Positions 62,343 through 64,000 of a DNA stretch of 64,000 nt are shown here, piece after piece (the stretch's first letter is position 1; every line of letters begins with the position of its first letter). Origin of the DNA: Streptosporangiaceae bacterium (GTDB lineage: Bacteria > Actinomycetota > Actinomycetes > Streptosporangiales > Streptosporangiaceae); the NCBI GenBank assembly GCA_050011155.1, contig JBEKJP010000007.1:31553-95552 (forward strand), in the 5' to 3' direction. Below the pieces are notes generated by a model. The model worked only from the letters and a program-made list of their open reading frames with translations, was not told the DNA's origin and ran no database searches. Position numbers and translations under genes: made by a program.

Positions 62343-63319
62343 GGCGAGCGGTGTACGCGGCGGCGGCCGGGGCCGGTGCGGCGGGTGCGGCCAGGCTGGC
62401 CTACTCCGTGCTGAACCGCCGTCCGCCGGGCGGCGAGAAAGCCTGGTCACGGACCAACCACCGGGGCGAGCCCGTCACCCTGCTCGAAGGACCCGCCGTG
62501 GCGGCCGGGGCGATCGCCGGGGCGCTCACCTGGGCGGGCCTGACGGCGGCAACCGGGTCTCTGGGCTCGCCGGGCTCGCCGGGGTCTCCGGGGTCTCCGG
62601 GGTCTCCGGGTTGGCGCCGGGCCGCGGCCCTGGTCCTGGGCGGGGCGGGCGCGGCGGCTTTCGGCGCCTACGACGACCTGGCCGGTTCCGGGGACCGGCG
62701 GGGTTTCCGCGGCCACCTCGGCGCGCTGCGGCACGGCGAGGTCACCACCGGCGCGGTGAAAATAGGCGGCATCGGCGCCACCGGGCTGGCCAGCGCCGCG
62801 CTGGCGGGCGGCGCGCCGGTCGACGTGGTCCTCAACGCCGGCCTGGTCGCGGGGGGCGCGAACCTGCTCAACCTGTTCGACCTGCGGCCCGGCCGGGCCA
62901 TCAAGGTCGCGGCCGCCTCTGGTGCCCTGCTGGGCGCGGCCGGCGCAGACGGCGTGGCCGCACCGCTGGGGGCGGCGCTGGCGCTGCTCCCCGAGGACCT
63001 GGGTGAGCGGGCCATGCTGGGCGACGCCGGCGCGAACGCGCTCGGCGCGATGCTCGGCGCCTCGGCGGCCAGCCTGTCCCGGCCGGCCCGGATCGTGCTG
63101 CTGGCCGGGATCGCCGGGCTGACCGCCGCGAGCGAGAAGGTCAGCTTCACCAAGGTGATCGCGCGGACCCCGGCGCTGAACTGGCTGGACATGCTCGGTC
63201 GGCGACCCGCGGCCCAGCCGTTCCCGCCATTGCCCGATCAGCTGGCGCCCGATCAGCTGGCGCCCGATCAGCTCGCCGGGGTCACGATCCCCGCTCAGCG
63301 GCCAGAACCCGCGGGGTGA
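62339..63319 (+). CDS. Polytopic membrane protein, distantly MraY/WecA-like (glycosyltransferase family 4-like motifs)
   Basis: AYDDLAG, NLLNLFDLRPG and LGDAGANALGAMLG resemble GT4 (polyprenyl-phosphate sugar-phosphate transferase) motifs. It contains (GSP)x5 and (QLAPD)x3 tandem repeats. Confidence 0.6.
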   Translation: MRRAVYAAAAGAGAAGAARLAYSVLNRRPPGGEKAWSRTNHRGEPVTLLEGPAVAAGAIAGALTWAGLTAATGSLGSPGSPGSPGSPGSPGWRRAAALVLGGAGAAAFGAYDDLAGSGDRRGFRGHLGALRHGEVTTGAVKIGGIGATGLASAALAGGAPVDVVLNAGLVAGGANLLNLFDLRPGRAIKVAAASGALLGAAGADGVAAPLGAALALLPEDLGERAMLGDAGANALGAMLGASAASLSRPARIVLLAGIAGLTAASEKVSFTKVIARTPALNWLDMLGRRPAAQPFPPLPDQLAPDQLAPDQLAGVTIPAQRPEPAG

Positions 63320-64000
63320 GCGCGCCCGTAGCCGAGCGGGGGAGTGCGCGGCCACGGGGCGGGGGGATAGGCCGGGCAGCGGTGCTCATCGGCGCGATCA
63401 CCATGCTCGCGCGGGTCATCGGGTTCGGCCGCCAGGTGGTGTTCGCGCACACCGTCCAGGCCTCGTGCCTGGGTACCGCGTACACCACCGCGAACATGGT
63501 GCCGAACATCATCTACGACATCGTGGCGGGCGGGGCCCTCACCGCGGTGGTGGTGCCGGTGCTCGCGGGCCCGGCCCGAGCGGCCGCCGGCGGCGGCGAG
63601 GACGGGGACGCGGGGCGCGAGCAGGTGAGGCAGACCTCCGCCGCCCTGTTCAGCTGGGCCATCCTGCTGCTGGCCCCGGTCAGCCTGGTGGTCGCGGTCA
63701 TCGCCCGGCCGCTGGTGTCGGTCCTGCTCGGCGGGACGCCCGGGTGCCCGCGCGCCACCATGGTCACGCTCGCGGCGCGCATGCTGGTAGTGTTCGCGCC
63801 CCAGATCCTGCTCTACGGCCTGGCCGTGGTGCTCTACGGCATCCTGCAGGCGCACCGCCGGTTCGCTTCGCCCGCGCTGGCGCCGGTGCTGTCCAGCCTG
63901 GTCGTCATCGGCGCCTACTTCTGGTTCGGCGAGGTCGGCCGCGGTTATCAGGCTCTGAGCCCCTCGTCCCGGCCGGTGCCCGCGCTGGCCTGGATCGTCC
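63316..64000 (+). CDS. murJ: Lipid II flippase MurJ/MviN, N-terminal part (continues beyond the window end)
   Basis: The frame reads ...AAVLIGAITMLARVIGFGRQVVFAHTV...LGTAYTTANMVPNIIYDIVAGGALTAVVVPVLAG...LYGLAVVLYGILQAHRRF, typical of MurJ. The putative GTG start at 63316 overlaps the previous stop. It is not in the ORF track because it runs off the window. Confidence 0.8.
   Translation, partial: MSAPVAERGSARPRGGGIGRAAVLIGAITMLARVIGFGRQVVFAHTVQASCLGTAYTTANMVPNIIYDIVAGGALTAVVVPVLAGPARAAAGGGEDGDAGREQVRQTSAALFSWAILLLAPVSLVVAVIARPLVSVLLGGTPGCPRATMVTLAARMLVVFAPQILLYGLAVVLYGILQAHRRFASPALAPVLSSLVVIGAYFWFGEVGRGYQALSPSSRPVPALAWIV

Noticed and set aside
1-64000. tRNA, rRNA, tmRNA, RNase P or SRP RNA genes
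   Set aside because: Scanning for hallmark strings (GGTTCGAATCC-type T-loops, the GAGGAAAGTCCGG of RNase P, the tmRNA tag region and CCA end) found nothing convincing. This cannot be excluded without covariance-model tools.

Overview
High-GC (roughly 70%) actinobacterial chromosomal segment, densely coding on both strands. About 59 protein genes are supportable. Most other ORF-track entries are overlapping or antisense frames typical of high-GC DNA and are not called. No tRNA, rRNA, CRISPR array or intact transposase or integrase was recognised.

Content from left to right:
- A sugar-utilisation operon: Opp/Dpp-type ABC importer plus a GH4 glycosidase, with a divergent ROK regulator.
- APH-like kinase, GH18-like hydrolase, SDR, DUF1697, MFS transporter, an unknown secreted Cys-rich protein, a GH13 enzyme, and a PIG-L deacetylase.
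- A tandem array of three paralogous Ser/Thr kinases. Two carry large Asp-box/BNR-like ectodomains; the third is truncated.
- A lower-GC accessory patch: membrane protein, MarR, methyltransferase, DrrAB-like exporter, and a 1074-aa SARP/NB-ARC/TPR regulator.
- A conserved core block: purC, cutA, tlyA, nadK, recN.
- About 19 kb lying between recN and steA. It holds a CGNR zinc-finger regulator, an SIP reductase, a second NAD kinase, a 1.56-kb ORF-poor repeat-rich gap, a WtpA/ModA-like transporter with fused permease-ATPase, and the ergothioneine operon egtABCD.
- steA, a steB/mctB-like gene, a GT4-like membrane protein, and the start of murJ.

The most unusual sequence-level signals:
1. A family of about 80-bp palindromic elements built from GGATCCACCCCGT units (4 copies).
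2. A separate 55-nt motif present 3 times just downstream of genes.
3. The ORF-poor gap, which contains exact inverted repeats and gene remnants.
4. Many short in-frame tandem duplications and homopolymer tracts inside genes (tlyA, egtB, the SARP gene, the GT4-like gene).

All calls rest on manual reading of motifs. Start codons are best guesses, and no database search was possible.
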